Shown: positions 44,870 through 59,968, counted from the stretch's first letter. The stretch: 64,000 nucleotides of DNA from Eledone cirrhosa (GCA_964016885.1 OZ024743.1:355694001-355758000); one strand, 5' to 3'. Notes: generated from the letters alone by a model not told the origin. Translations and numbers: made by a program.

Positions 44870-47630
44870 AGAATCAACACCAACAACACTATTAACATCA
44901 CCACGCCCAGCGACACCAACATAAGCACACCATCAACATTCTCACAATCGCTACCACCATCAGTAACACCACTAAAAACACCAGCAATATCAGTAACATC
45001 AACACCATTACAACTACCAACACCATCAGAAGCACCAGCAACATCATAACAACTATACAACATCAACATCACCACAAACTACACGAAAAAGACACAATCA
45101 TCACAACACCTCCAACATCACCAGAATCACCAACAGCAACGCCATTAACATCACTACATCCTTCAGCATCACCACACTCACCAACATCATCAACATCAAC
45201 ATAACAACCAACACCAAAAAGATACCCCCACCAACATCATCACAACAAAATATTAACAACACCTCGAACATCACCACAACCACCAACATGACCACAGCCA
45301 CCAACAACAACACCACAACCACCAACAACAACACCACAACCACCAACAGCAACGTCACCAACATCCCCACAATCTCTAACAACAACACCTCCAACATCAC
45401 CACAACCATCAACACCAAAAAAACACCCCCACCAACATCATCACAAAAAACTCTAACAATACCTCCAACATCACCTCAACCACAAACAACAACACCACAA
45501 CAACCAACAACAACACTACAACAACCAACAACAACACCACAACAACCAACACCAACACCACAACCACCAACAACAACACCACAACCACTAAGAACAACAC
45601 CACAACAACCAACACCAACACCACAACCACCAACAACAACACCACAACCACTAAGAACAACACCACAACAACCAACACCAACACCACAACCACCAACAAC
45701 AACACCACAAACACTAACAACAAAACAACCACCAACAACAACACCACAACAACCAACAACAACACCACAACCACTAAGATCAACACCACAACAACCAACA
45801 CCAACACCACAACCACCAACAACAACACCACAAACACTAACAACAAAACAACCACCAACAACAACACCACAACAACCAACAACAACACCACAACCACTAA
45901 GAACAACACCACAACCACTAACAACAACACCACAACCACCAACAACAACACTACAACCACAAACAACAACATCACAACAACCAACAACAACACCACAACA
46001 ACTAACAACAACACCACAAACACTAACAACAACACCACAAGCATCGACATCAACACCACAACCACCAACAACAACACCACAACCACTAACAACAACACCA
46101 CAACCACCAACAACAACATCACAACCACCAACAACAACACCACAACCACTAACAACAACACCTCAACCACCAACAACAACATCACAACAACCAACAACAA
46201 CATCACAACAACTAACAACAACACCACAAACACTAACAACAACACCACAAGCATCGACATCAACACCACAACCACCAACAACAACACCTCAACCACCAAC
46301 AACAACATCACAACAACCAACAACAACATCACAACCACCAACAACAACATCACAACCACCAACATCAACACCACAACCACCAACAACAACACCTCAACCA
46401 CCAACAACAACATCACAACAACCAACAACAACATCACAACAACCAACAACAACATCACAACCACCAACAACAACATCACAACCACCAACAACAACACCAC
46501 AAACACTAACAACAACACCACAACCATCAACAACAACATCACAACAAACAACAACATCACAACAACCAACAACAACATCACAACCACCAACAACAACACC
46601 ACAACCACCAACAACAACATCACAACCACCAACAACAACATCACAACAAACAACAACATCACAACAACCAACAACAAGACCACAACCACCAACAACATCA
46701 GAACCATTAACCACAACACCACAACCACTAACAACACCAACAACAACCACCACAGCCACCAACAACACCACAACCACTAAGAACTACACCACAACCACCA
46801 ACAACAACATCACAACCACCAACAACAACATCACAACAAACAACAACATCACAACCACCAACAACAACACCACAACCACCAACAACAACATCACAACCAC
46901 CAACAACAACATCACAACCACCAACAACAACACCACAACCACCAACAACATCATCACAACCATCAACAACAACACCTCAACCACCAACAACAACATTACA
47001 ACCACCAACAACAACATCACAACCACCAACAACAACACCACAACCACCAACAACAACATCACACTAACCAATAACACCACAACCACTAACAACAACATCA
47101 CAACCACCAACAACAACACCACAACCACCAACAACTACACCACAACCACCAACAACAACATCACAACCACCAACAACAACATCACAACCACCAACAACAA
47201 CATCACAACCACCAACAACACCACAAACACCAACAACAACACCACAACCACTAACAACAACATCACAACCACTAACAACAACATCACAACCACCAACAAC
47301 ACCACAACCACCAACAACAATATCACAACCACCAACAACAACATCACAACCACCAACAACACCACAACCACCAACAACACCACAAACACCAACAACAACA
47401 CCACAACCACTAACAACAACATCACAACCACCAACAACATCACAACCACCAACAACATTACAACCACCAACAACAACATCACAACCATGAACAACAACAC
47501 CACAACCACACCAACAACAACATCACACTAACCAACAACACCACAACCACTAACAACAACACCACAACCACCAACAACAACACCACAACAACTAACAACA
47601 ACACCACAACCACCAACAACAACACCATCA
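44870..47630. repeat. C/A-rich 21-bp minisatellite (ACAACCACCAACAACAACAYC)n
   Basis: 7-residue periodicity in translations; reading frame shifts within the array. Confidence 0.85.
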
Positions 47631-47679
47631 ATACGAACGTCTTTGCAACTATCTATCTTTCTGCCTACTTACTTATCTA

Positions 47680-49450
47680 TAGAGTGGGTTGGGTGTAAAC
47701 CCGGCTTTGGTGGGGCTCTGATCAACTTGGATCAGTCTAAGGCTTCCTATAGGGTTGACCATCGTTACCTGGATGCGGTTCTCAAGGCGTTAGGCTTCGA
47801 ACCCGTGTTCAGGGGTTGGATTGCTGCAATGCACAGCAGCAACATCTGCTCAAGGGTCAAGGTGAACGGCTACCTCTCGGAGTCGTTCCATATCACGCGA
47901 TTCATCCGACAGGGATGCCCTCTCTCCTCCCTTCTGTACGTACTGACTCTCGAGCCACTACTGCGGAAGTTGGAGCTATTGCAGAGCATCCCTCTGGAAC
48001 CGGGACTGCGGAAAGCGTCGTCGGACGCTGGACGGAAGGACCGGTGAAGCTGCTCGGGGTCTGGTTTGGTCCGGACCTCCAGGTGAAGAAGAATTGGAAC
48101 GAGGTGACGGCCAAGGTGTTTGCACTCACCCAGAAGTGGGCCGACTGCAAACTAACCTTGAAAGGTTGAGCGGCGGTGGCGAACACTTTTATAGCGTCCG
48201 TCATCTACTACCGCTTGACCGTCGTGCCTTATCCAGCCAAAACGCTCACCAAAATGGAGCGCGCGCTCTTCCAATTCCTTTGAAAGAAGTGGGTTCCTTT
48301 GGTGAGAAGATCCATCTGCTGCCAACACCCTTCCAACGGAGGGCTGGGGAAGCCGTGGCTGACGATGCGCAAACACGCGCTCAGGCTGCGGCATCTCTAC
48401 GTATTCCTCACCGGACAACCGGTGTGGGCCCCGTTTGTGAGGCGAGCCTTCCCAAGACTCGTCTCGCTGACCGAGCTGCAGTCCTAGGTCAAGTAAAGAC
48501 CGAGGAAAATGGGCGACTGGCACATCGAATGTGCTCAGGCGCTCACAGCCCTCTGGCAGGCGGACCCGGCGATCAGTGGAGACTCCACTTCGTCATTCTA
48601 TAGAGGTTTGATCCGCAGCAAGTGCGACGACGCGCTCGGAGAAGCTCCAGGCGTAGAGGAAGACGAACTGGCCAGTCTGTTCGGTAGGACCTTCCGCCCG
48701 GGACCGATGGACAACTTCCAAAAGTCCCTAGCCTGGCAGTGCTTCCGAGGAGCTCTACCAGTTCGAGACAAGCTCTACAGACATGGGCGCCCGGGCAGGG
48801 ACCCTTCGAAAAAGATCTGTCCGAGATGCGTGCGAGACGAAGAAGCCGTCGCGCACGCATTCATACACTGCCCGGGCGTTACCGACCTGTGGGGCTATGT
48901 AGAACGACTATTGTCGGGGGTGGGATCAATCCGGTTGACCACCGAGTCCATTGTCATGATCAAACCGCCACCCTCCTTCAAAAACGAAGGAGAGGCGGTT
49001 TTCCTTTGTGTGATAGCTATGGCGAAAGAGGTTGTATGGTGGACGAGGTTAAAAGGGCTGAGGTCAGACACCTTTCTCTCCGGCCAACAACTGATTCTTT
49101 TTTTCAAATACCACTTTGGAAGAAGAATCAGGATGGAGAGAGAGGTGCTGTACCCCAGCAAGTTTTATGAAAGGTGGGTGAAAGTGGCGAGAATGGCCCT
49201 AGTGAATGGGCCTTCTCTCTATATCAGCCTGTAGGTTGAGGAAAAAGAGGAAGAGAGGAAAGGGATACAAACTCTTCGTACTCCTGGAGATGAGGGTTGC
49301 ACATTTGTTCGGGGGGTATGTGTTACCCATATGAAATGTCTCCCCCTATTGGAAAATCGATTAATTTTTAAATTGCATTTGTGATAGTATTTTACACGTT
49401 TTTATTGTATGTAAACTTCCCCCTTTGTATTTGTCCCCTTCTTTTATGCC
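47680..49450 (+). mobile_element. L1/Tx1-clade LINE 3' fragment (disrupted RT + CCHC region)
   Basis: LDQSKASYRVDH, IRQGCPLSSLLYVLTLEP, CPRC..E...HAFIHC; stops and a deletion. Confidence 0.9.
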
Positions 49451-49760
49451 CCTGGGGCACAAAAGAAGGGGACAAATACAAAGGGGGAAGTTTATATATA
49501 TATAAGTTTATATATATATATATTAATAAGGTAATGAATTCTTTTACAATGGAATCAGCTCGAATGAGGAAAAATATATCCCCTGAGCAGTTTATAAATT
49601 AATATGTATGTGATGAAACACAGATACCAACACATCTGTATATATATTGCGAAAGAAAAATTTAGCCAGATTGAAGTATACTAATTATTATACTACAGTT
49701 TGTCCATATCGAATTAAAATAATAAATCAACGGAGACGAACTGTATTGGCAAAAGGCCGT

Positions 49761-49888
49761 GATGTTTAGACACATTTAAATTTCAAAATCAAACCTGTTC
49801 CATAGATAAGTTTAGACTTTAAGATCCAAATATGTTTCGAGTTAAATAAGTGTAGGAATATCATGTCCCGCTTTCCTCAGTAAACATC
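49761..49888 (-). ncRNA. Hammerhead with long stem III, relative of family G
   Basis: GATGTTTA-CTGAGGA-..-GAAA-CATATTTGGAT..ATTTAAATGTG-TC-TAAACATC. Confidence 0.85.
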
Positions 49889-49967
49889 CAGAGACAAATA
49901 GATATGCTTCACTTCTAAATAATTTAAAAGACTGCGTGGCGCACATGGCATATATATATATATATAA

Positions 49968-50036
<69 letters not shown>

Positions 50037-50389
50037 TAGCCCACTGCCAACATAGTTATGTATTTACCCAGATATGTAAAGTTCCCACCTCCATGTCCAT
50101 TATTACCAACCTCAAGCATGTCAACGTCAATCTAAAATTCTTCATCGTCATCCTCAATCTTGTCATCGTCAGTCTTAATTTCGTTATCGTCAACTTCATT
50201 TTCGTCTTATTGTAGCAAAATGACAGATAGGAAATACACTGTACGCTTATATGTATGTGCATGTTTGTGTGTTTAGGTTTTAAAGAATTACAGACAGAAT
50301 TATACATAAATATATACAGAGACATAAATGGTGTATTATTATGGTTGTTGGCAAGTATACGATAAATAATCACCGAGGAAAAGTATTAA

Positions 50390-50592
50390 TATTAGACTCT
50401 TTTTAGCAATAGTTAAATCTGGTTGTAAGACATGAGCACAATAACTAGAAAAATATCTGGACGTAATGTAGACCTACATCTTACCGATGGCTCTTAACAT
50501 CACTTAGAAGAGCTACACCACCGATAAAGAATTTTATAAGGGTGTGCCAAAGTTAACTGAACAGATCGCTCGGTGAAGATTACGATTAGCAA
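50390..50592 (+). pseudogene. RTE-like LINE fragment
   Basis: LEKYLD..MALNIT*KSYTTDKEFYKGVPKLTEQIAR*RLRLA. Confidence 0.6.
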
Positions 50593-50621
50593 ATCATATA
50601 TATATATATCTATATATATAT

Positions 50622-50760
50622 ATCTATATATATAAAATTCTTCGTCTCTCTGTCTCTCTGTCTGTCTTTTCCTTATGCATTTCCAAACGGCTTGACCAAA
50701 TCAAATCAGATTTTACGAGGTAATAAGACACCGAGAGTAACAACATATAATTTCATTTGG
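50622..50760 (+). mobile_element. Helitron-like 5' end
   Basis: TCTATATATATAAAA start followed by TCTG-type microsatellite, as at 27345. Confidence 0.4.
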
Positions 50761-50913
50761 ATTAAAACAATGCAACACTTTATCTGAAATAATGTACTAT
50801 AGACTATAATTAAACGGATATTTTATAACACGGCGATGATGTCACATTTTGTATATGAGTATGTATGTGTCTGTGAGTGTGTGAGTGTATGCACATTCGT
50901 TACGTATGTTACA

Positions 50914-50962
<49 letters not shown>

Positions 50963-51286
50963 TTATATATAATTATATAAATATCTATATCTATATCTAC
51001 ATATAATATGAAATTTTGGAACTGCCATCATCGTTTTGAGAAAAGTGGACCCGCTACTTCTATGCAATGGCACATAATTTACAGCCTGTAAACCAGACAA
51101 ACATCCAATACATTCATTTTCTTTTCTACCTGTCTTCTCTTATCGTCTGTTTACCCGGATGAATCTTGGTACATCAGGTAGTATATATAATAAATAAGAG
51201 AGACGGTTTTATTCTTACATCTTTTTATTACATAATTCTATTATACGTATTTCGAAGAAGTCAGAGTGGTTGCATAATAACCCTCT

Positions 51287-51482
<196 letters not shown>

Positions 51483-51560
51483 AATGAAGTAATTCTGTCG
51501 GAAAGGTCCAGGAAAGTCCAGTTATTTTAAAATCCACTGTCAATAAATACACCAGGATTT

Positions 51561-51620
51561 TTTCCTTCTGATGACTGAGAGCAAATTTGTTTGCTTTCAA
51601 GAAAACACTGGTAAATGAAA
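51561..51620 (+). ncRNA. Hammerhead, family B
   Basis: CTGATGA-CTGAGAGCAAA..TTTGCTTTCAA-GAAA-ACACTGG-TA. Confidence 0.75.
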
Positions 51621-51768
51621 TAATTATCTTATGTTGTTTATTACATAACTATATATATTATATATATATATATGTATGCGAAAATTAAACAGATAAACAA
51701 CACAATAAAACGATACAATACAATAATAACGTATATTAGTTTAACGATTGATATAGTAAAAAAAGTCG

Positions 51769-51804
51769 TCTTAACGTTTCGGTTGTTAGTCCATCATCAG
51801 AAAA
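51769..51804 (-). ncRNA. Minimal hammerhead
   Basis: TTTT-CTGATGA-TGG..CC-GAAA-CG-TT-AAGA. Confidence 0.65.
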
Positions 51805-52449
51805 AAATGAAATAGAACTAGATGAGAGTAAGAGAATAAAAACGGAGAAAATATTTTTGAAGAGAAAGCTTGTGTGTTTAGTTAGCCATACATATATATG
51901 TGCATGCGAGTGTGTTCGTGTGGGGTGGTTTAGAAGAGCTCCAGATAGTAGCTATTTCGATCTACCACACAAGGGAAGTGATGCTTGGCATACTAAATGG
52001 AGACGGGAAGAAGAATGTGCTAGGAGGCAAAATCAAGAGGAGTTACTACATAGAAAAGGTTAGGAGGCAGAAAAGGCGGTGAGGTGTAGATGGACTGATG
52101 CAAGTGACGAAGAAAAAACATCTTTGAAAATGCTTTACAATGACGTTAAGAGATACATCTGCCAGCTGGCGCGAGTTGAGAGAAGAAAGGAAAAGAGAGA
52201 GCTCAAATGACAGTGCCCAACGAGATTCATTGGTAATCTGTATAGGTATGCAAATAAGCTGTTCCAAGAGAGCAAAAATAGTGACCTGGAATGTAGGAAG
52301 GACGAGCTGGAGTCACACTAGCATAATATGTGAAGTGATATTCTTCGGGATATCCATATGCTACTAATACAGGGAATACTAAAACCGACAGCACCCGGAG
52401 AAAAATTTGATTTTAGTAACACCACACCCGAATGAAGGAAAACCGGGAT

Positions 52450-52850
52450 TTATCAAAAAGTCACGATCATAGAGTATCTCAGGCCAGAACGAAGTGCCAC
52501 ACAAAGTCTAAAAAAATTGACCCACTCTGGCCAACAGAAAACTTCTCATTCTTAGAAGAGCTTGGGAAGAGAAGGTGATTGTTGATAACTTAGCAAAAGC
52601 AGAAGGCATCCACCTTTCCAAGGAGCAGAATTCTTCAACACTTGATTAATTCAGGTCAATTTTCGTACTGAATGTAGATGGAAAAATATTCCTTGGGATT
52701 ATTACCAGACGAGTGATGATATTTCTATTGGCGAATTGGTGCATTGAAGGTACGGTGCTGAAAGCTGGTATCATAGGTGTATTAGTGTGCATATAACGTG
52801 TGATTATGATCCTGGATGCTATATAAGCAACGAATAAAAAAAGATGCTTA
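52450..52850 (+). pseudogene. HERO/NeSL-like RT fragment
   Basis: KAEGIHLSKEQNSSTLD*FRSIFVLNVDGKIFLGIITRR. Confidence 0.6.
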
Positions 52851-53039
52851 CGTATTAGAGACAGTTAACTTTATACAGTTATAAATTGATATTGACTGCT
52901 CCATCAGTGTTTGAGCTGATTTAGACGGTTTTTGGCTGCTATTTCTATCGTCGATATAAACCCATCGTATTGTCCTAATACACTGAGTAGAAAATGTTCA
53001 TACAGTAACTCAGTGTTGCGTCACGTTGTTTCACCATGC

Positions 53040-54290
53040 GGTCTACAAATCTTATTATTATCTAATTTAGACATAGGGTTAAACCATATTTTATCGTTAT
53101 AGCCTGAGCTAACAAGAGCTTCATTAGATTATATAGCCTTTCGAGTGAAAATACCTTTATTGGCCGAAAGTCTCGAGATTCTACCTAATATATTATTAAC
53201 AATAGACTTAATAATAGATTTAGGGTGATTTGAATTTGTATGTTCATAATAAAGGAATTCACCGGGTTTATAATAGGGTGTAAAGAGTTTAATATTTAAA
53301 TCCAGTGTAACATCTACGAAGTTAACAATTTTTGTATTTTCTTATATTATTACAGCTAGGTTGTAATTCTTAAAGAATTCACATATAGGTTATTACATTC
53401 TCTCTAAGGCAGAATTGCTGAAATTTTCAAAATTGAAGAGCGCATCATCTCTATATATACCACCTCCCATTGTAGGGAAATTTGTTTTTAATTTGTTGAT
53501 GAGAAACAAACCTACAAGATAATTGGGCCGAGTCGCTCGAACCCAACGTAATGTCGAAGTTATTTCGACGATTTTTTCTAGTCTAAAGACCTGCATCAAT
53601 TATACGTCTAGCTGCTCTAATTATATCTAATTCTAGTTTGGTAATATTAGTGTATTCTACAGCCATAGAAAGTGCTTTGCTAAGGAGGGTAGGTAAAATA
53701 GAAGCATAATAGTTATCAATATCGAGCTGTATTAATTGTAGCTTATTTTTGTTATCTAAATTAACAAAACACTCAGTAACCTCGGGGGTTAGTATTAACC
53801 CATAAGTTAAGTGAAGTTTTTTGCTTGATATCGGGAACAATTCAATCTAATATATTCTTACTTATTTTTCCTATATCTGAAGTTAAAGAACATCTAATTG
53901 TTGGGTTATTTGCAAAGATTTTTTATGATCTTTAAGGCTAAATTTGGGGGTCTTAGGTTCCATGTATTTTTCCAGATTTACTTGATTCTAAATATATTCA
54001 CCCTGCCTATTGATTTTAGTTAAGTTAGCTTTGTTAGTTTGTATATCATTTTTATTTAGATCTTTGTAGATGAAGGAGTTGTATGCATTGTCCATTGTGT
54101 AAATATTTATAGGTTTGTCAGCAAGTACATGTATTTTTTCTGTTTTTTAAAATAGTCAGTTGTAGTTTTCAGTTGCTTCAGGAAACAATTATGATATTTA
54201 GGTTTTAAAAATTTTATATTTTTTATTATATTAAATAAATCATTTTCAAAGTTTATTCAGTAATTTTGAGGAATTAAATGCTACCACCTT
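53040..54290 (-). pseudogene. Decayed Penelope-like RT
   Basis: DIDNYYASI, IYRDDAL, VNFVDVTLDL, SNHPKSIIK, IWFNP; related scrap MPMGSFD at ~35875-35950. Confidence 0.8.
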
Positions 54291-54540
54291 TTAAAGTTGA
54301 ATGAAACATATGTAAATCAATTAAACAATGTATTAATGTATTGAACATTGGTGATTATAATTTGTTCATATATATTTTCATATATTTATTCATATATATA
54401 TATATATATATATATATGAATAAATATTTATTATGTGTTACAATTGTTTCCCCGGCGAACAGCTCGAGGTGCGATCCGTGTGTGGATCTATCTGATTCTA
54501 GTTTCGCAGGTTCCTTGGACAGGTCTAGTGATTTAGGGAG

Positions 54541-54990
54541 CCAGTATCTCAAAGAACTTCGTCATCCAGTCAGGTGTAATGACTTGGGCTCTGGTTTTGG
54601 TGCAGAGCAGTGATATCAGATCCACTATATTTATGTGGATTCCATAAGCATGTAAGACCTTCATCAGGCAGACTCGGTCCCCAGAATCAAAGGCCTTCCT
54701 AAAGTCAATGAAAACCATGACAGCAGGAAGGCTCTTTGCTCTATCACCCTTTAAAATTTTCCTTAATATTAGGATGTGGCCGGTGGTTGAATTTCCTTCT
54801 CTGAAGCCGTTCTGGTTGTCCCTGAGCTTCTTCCCCATCTCGGGCTGGATCCTATTAAGAATCATTCTGTTCAGTGTCATTGCCTCAAGTAACGTCAGTG
54901 AGATCCTCCTGTAGTTGTTGGTGTTAGAGAGAGTTCCTTTTTTGGTATTGGGACGATGTTACTAATCTTCCACTGATCTGGTACAACTCA
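54541..54990 (-). pseudogene. RTE-like RT fragment
   Basis: LRDNQNGFREGNST, VFIDFRKAFDS. Confidence 0.85.
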
Positions 54991-54999
54991 TTTCCATAA

Positions 55000-55720
55000 A
55001 CCACCTAATAGAATATTAGTCTACAACTTCAGTTATACCATAAACGTGGTTTTGTCTTTGCGTGTAATTGTTTTCACCACTCCAAATAATGACGTATTAT
55101 CTTCGTTTTTTTCGTTCATTGCCAGAGAACGTCTCTATGAACCACCTAATAGAATATTAGTCTACGACTTCATTTATACCATGAACGTGGTTTTGTCTTT
55201 GCGTGTAATTGTTTTCACCGCTCCAAATAATGACGCCTTATCTTCGTTTTTTCCGTTCATTGCCAGAGAACGTCTCTATGAACCACCTAATAGAATATTA
55301 GTCTACAACTTCATTTATACCATGAACGTGGTTTTGTCTTTGCGTGTAATTGTTTTCACCGCTCCAAATAATGACGCCTTATCTTCGTTTTTTCCGTTCA
55401 TTGCCAGAGAACGTCTCTATGAACCACCTAATAGAATATTAGTCTACAACTTCATTTATACCATGAACGTGGTTTTGTCTTTGCGTGTAATTGTTTTCAC
55501 CGCTCCAAATAATGACGTATTATCTTCGTTTTTGTTCGTTCTTTGCCAGGGAACGTCTCCTCGAACCTAAGTATCGTCTTCCTGTCTTCCTTCGGTTGCA
55601 ACGTTTTTTGAAATATTTACTTCTGCGTTCACAGATTGACTTTTTTAGTTACAGAAGATCTCGTTAACGGTGAAAGCAGCGATTCTTTGCTTAAACTTTA
55701 ATCTGTTAATTTAATAAATA
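55000..55720 (+). mobile_element. Family F element: ~4 x 141-bp tandem repeats then HHR-like motif 55647-55697
   Basis: ACCACCTAATAGAATATTAGTCTAC recurs every 141 bp; CAGAAGA..GAAA. Confidence 0.85.
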
Positions 55721-55728
55721 TATATATA

Positions 55729-56052
55729 TTGTGCTTGTGTTTGTTGTTTTTACTTATGATGGTTACATTGCCTCCTAGAAATATATATATACGATGTCAT
55801 CACTGCGTTTTGTGTTTGTGAAGACAGCTGCCGACACGGAAAATGTCGTCAACACTAGTTTTAAACCAGCGATATTTACTATCATCTTGATTTGGCCTAA
55901 AGGAATTGTTGTTCCTAGTTGTCTCCTATTTGTTGTATGTAGAAAAAGCATATTTACACCAGCGAGCTAAACATATGCATCTCTCTCTATATATATATTT
56001 ATGTACACACACACGCGTGCGCACACACACATACAGACACACAGACACACAC

Positions 56053-56107
<55 letters not shown>

Positions 56108-56202
56108 TATATGTGTGTGAGTGTGTGTGTGTTTGTGTGTATGTATTATATGATTTATATGTCATAATACACTCATGCACTTGCACACACACACATTTAT
56201 AC

Positions 56203-56259
<57 letters not shown>

Positions 56260-56550
56260 GGGGGGGGGGGGCGTGTGCGCGCACATAAATATATACACAT
56301 GCATATGTTTAGCTCGCTGGTGTAAATATGCTTTTTCTACATACAACAAATAGGAGACAACTAGGAACAACAATTCCTTTAGGCCAAAGCAAGATGATAG
56401 TAAATATCGCTGGTATAAAACTAGTGTTGACGACATTGTCCGTGTCGGCAGCTGTCTTCACAAACACAAAACGCAGTGATGACATCGTATATATATTTCT
56501 AGGAGGCAATGTAACCATCATAAGTAAAAACAACAAACACAAGCACAATA
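55729..56550. repeat. ~250-bp inverted repeat with microsatellite spacer
   Basis: 55729-55980 is the reverse complement of ~56298-56549. Confidence 0.9.
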
Positions 56551-56878
56551 ACAAAACTAAAAGGAAAAAAAAAGAAGCAAAATACATCTTCCATCCAATG
56601 GATTTGTCAGATGGGATGAAAGACGCCACAATACAATACACACACTTATTATATACAGCTTTACTTTATGTATATGTGTACATACACAAATACATACACA
56701 CACACACACACACACACATAAATATATATATATATATATTTATATATACATATATATAAATGTGTGTGTGTGTGGAGCCATGCCTTTAAACCTAAAAGTT
56801 ACTAGAGGTAGATATTCTTGTAGCAATAGCCATCGGATGTTGAAGCCAATCGAGTAGAATTACAGATAGCAACAGACA

Positions 56879-56939
<61 letters not shown>

Positions 56940-57017
56940 TATATATATATATAATTATATATATATATAATTATATATATATATATAATTATATATATAT
57001 ATAATTATATGTATATA

Positions 57018-57138
<121 letters not shown>

Positions 57139-57195
57139 TTATATATATACATATATATATGTGTGTGTATTTATATGAATATATATATATGTGTG

Positions 57196-57239
<44 letters not shown>

Positions 57240-57283
57240 CATATGTATACATATGTATATAAATATATTCATATATAGGTATG

Positions 57284-57314
<31 letters not shown>

Positions 57315-57361
57315 AATGTACATATATGTATAAATATATTAATTTATATATGTACGTATAT

Positions 57362-57415
<54 letters not shown>

Positions 57416-58085
57416 CTCTGTGCGTGTGTGTGTGTGTAAGAGAGAGTTTGTCTCTGTGCGCGTGTGTGTGAGAGAGAGAGTCTGTCTCTGTGCGTGTGTG
57501 TGTGTGTGAGAGAGAGTTTGTCTCTGTGCGCGTGTGTGTGAGAGAGAGTGTTTGTCTCTGTGCGTGCGTGTGTGTGTGTGTGAGTTTGTCTCTCTGCGTG
57601 TGTGTGTGAGAGAGAGTGTTTGTCTCTGTGCGTGCGTGTGTGTGTGTGTGAGTTTGTCTCTCTGCGTGTGTGAATATAACCGACAGACTGCGGATTGAAG
57701 TCTATATATATACTATGTGAAAAAGAAGATATCGAAGAAGAATTAAGATGGCCGTGGTAGTGTATGTGTAAAGAAGTGGGTGGTGGAGTGGTGGTGGTGG
57801 TGGAAAGAATGAAAAGATAAAGGGGATAGTGTACTTGATAATTAGTTTTTCCTATCTACACAGTGTCGCCTGAAGCATCGAACACAACACAATTCCCTGA
57901 TCAACCTACCAATCACTTCACCTCGACGTTGGAAGATTCCATTTAAAAAATTCACCTCTAGGATGTTAAAAACAAACTTTCTTCACTTACATACCCACAC
58001 ACTATATTTGTGTATGTGTGTGTGAGTGAGAGAGTATCTGTGTGCGTGTGTGTGAGTATATGTATGTGTGAGAGTATCTGTGTAT

Positions 58086-58232
<147 letters not shown>

Positions 58233-58408
58233 CGTGTGTGTGTGCGCGCGTGTATGTGTGTGTGGAAATATGTCGTCGTAAATACTTTCACACTCAAACA
58301 TGTATATATAGATATATGAATATACATAAAAATATATCTTTGTATATGTGTGCGGTCGTGTTTCTTGGTTTCGCACACATACATACAACATACATACAAC
58401 ATACATAC

Positions 58409-58449
<41 letters not shown>

Positions 58450-58509
58450 ACACACACACATATATATATACACACACACACACGCGCGTAAATATATATA
58501 TATATATAC

Positions 58510-58575
<66 letters not shown>

Positions 58576-58580
58576 TACAT

Positions 58581-58627
<47 letters not shown>

Positions 58628-58638
58628 CATATATATAT

Positions 58639-58833
<195 letters not shown>

Positions 58834-59447
58834 TAGATAGATAGATAGATAGAGAAAGAAAAGATATCTAGATAAATATTTTGCATGTATACACCTAAAA
58901 GCAAACGTCGCCGTTATTTTTAATTATTTATTATAAATTTTTCACAGAATGGAAAAAGTCGTCTTTTTATTACTAAAATAACATTGTCGGTCTGTTACGT
59001 TTTATCCTACATTTTTGCCAATAATATGAACTACAATTCACCCTTGGCAACTTGTAGTAATGTGACATTGAATTAGGTGATGTGTGGACCTAGAAATGAA
59101 ATTATTTACTTTGATACTCGCTTTATTAGAATTATAGTTTTATTCTGTATCCATTGGTTGTTGTTATCTTTGGCCACCTCACACACGACGTACATCTTGT
59201 CGTCTACACTCACCAAACAGAAACAAACAAAAAAACGGATAATAACTTTTTTTCATCTTAATCTTTAATAATTTTTTGTTAAGAATTTCTTTTCACATTA
59301 TATTTTATATTTTGAAAAGAATATTTGAAGTTTTTTCTCGGAATGCGAAATATGAATATTAGATCGAACCCTAGTAATTTACAAGTGCTTTAGTTTATCA
59401 AAATATTTTTATTGTGTGTAGAGGAAAATGAGGTTTATCATCTGTTG

Positions 59448-59617
59448 GAGTATTTCCCGGCGTCGAAGACGCTACTTTTTTCCTAAAATAAGTCTAAAAA
59501 ATCTTCCATGCGTCCTAGAGGCCGAAGGTGATTTATTAATTTTGTTTTCAAATTTTTGGTTGTCCTAATTAGGGTGCGTCCTCGAGGACGAAGCGTCTTC
59601 GGCGCCGGGAAATACGG
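59448..59617. mobile_element. Tc1/mariner MITE, inverted copy of 9056-9224
   Basis: Shared TIRs and internal sequence. Confidence 0.8.
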
Positions 59618-59774
59618 TATTTGCTTATTCGTTTCATAGAATTTATATGACATACACTTTCATTTATTTATTTACTAGTGGACCTGTGCCATCACAATGA
59701 CGACAATGGCATTAAACGTATTGAATTTTTATTGCCCCAGTTTAGTATGCCGTATAAACCGGGAGTAGCAGATG

Positions 59775-59968
59775 CAGACCTGCCAACCTCTAAACACCCA
59801 AACATGGAGTACCATAAAAAAAGGTGCCCGAAAACGGGAATAAATGAGGCAAAATGGGAAGATTTTACATAACGAAAGCTATATAGCCATTTTCACAAGA
59901 GAAAACATCTCTTACCCACCCCAAAGTGGGTAGGAGATCTCGTCGGGTGGGGAGAGTTGGCAGGTATA
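59775..59968. mobile_element. hAT-like MITE
   Basis: TIRs ACCTGCCAAC / GTTGGCAGGT. Confidence 0.55.

Noticed and set aside
45288-47531. 747-aa P/T/Q/N-rich ORF as a mucin gene
   Set aside because: Minisatellite; composition changes mid-ORF through a frameshift in the same repeat; no domain or clear exon structure
55046-55570. 174-aa repeat ORF or CRISPR-like array
   Set aside because: 141-bp tandem repeat with no unique spacers and no cas genes; eukaryotic context
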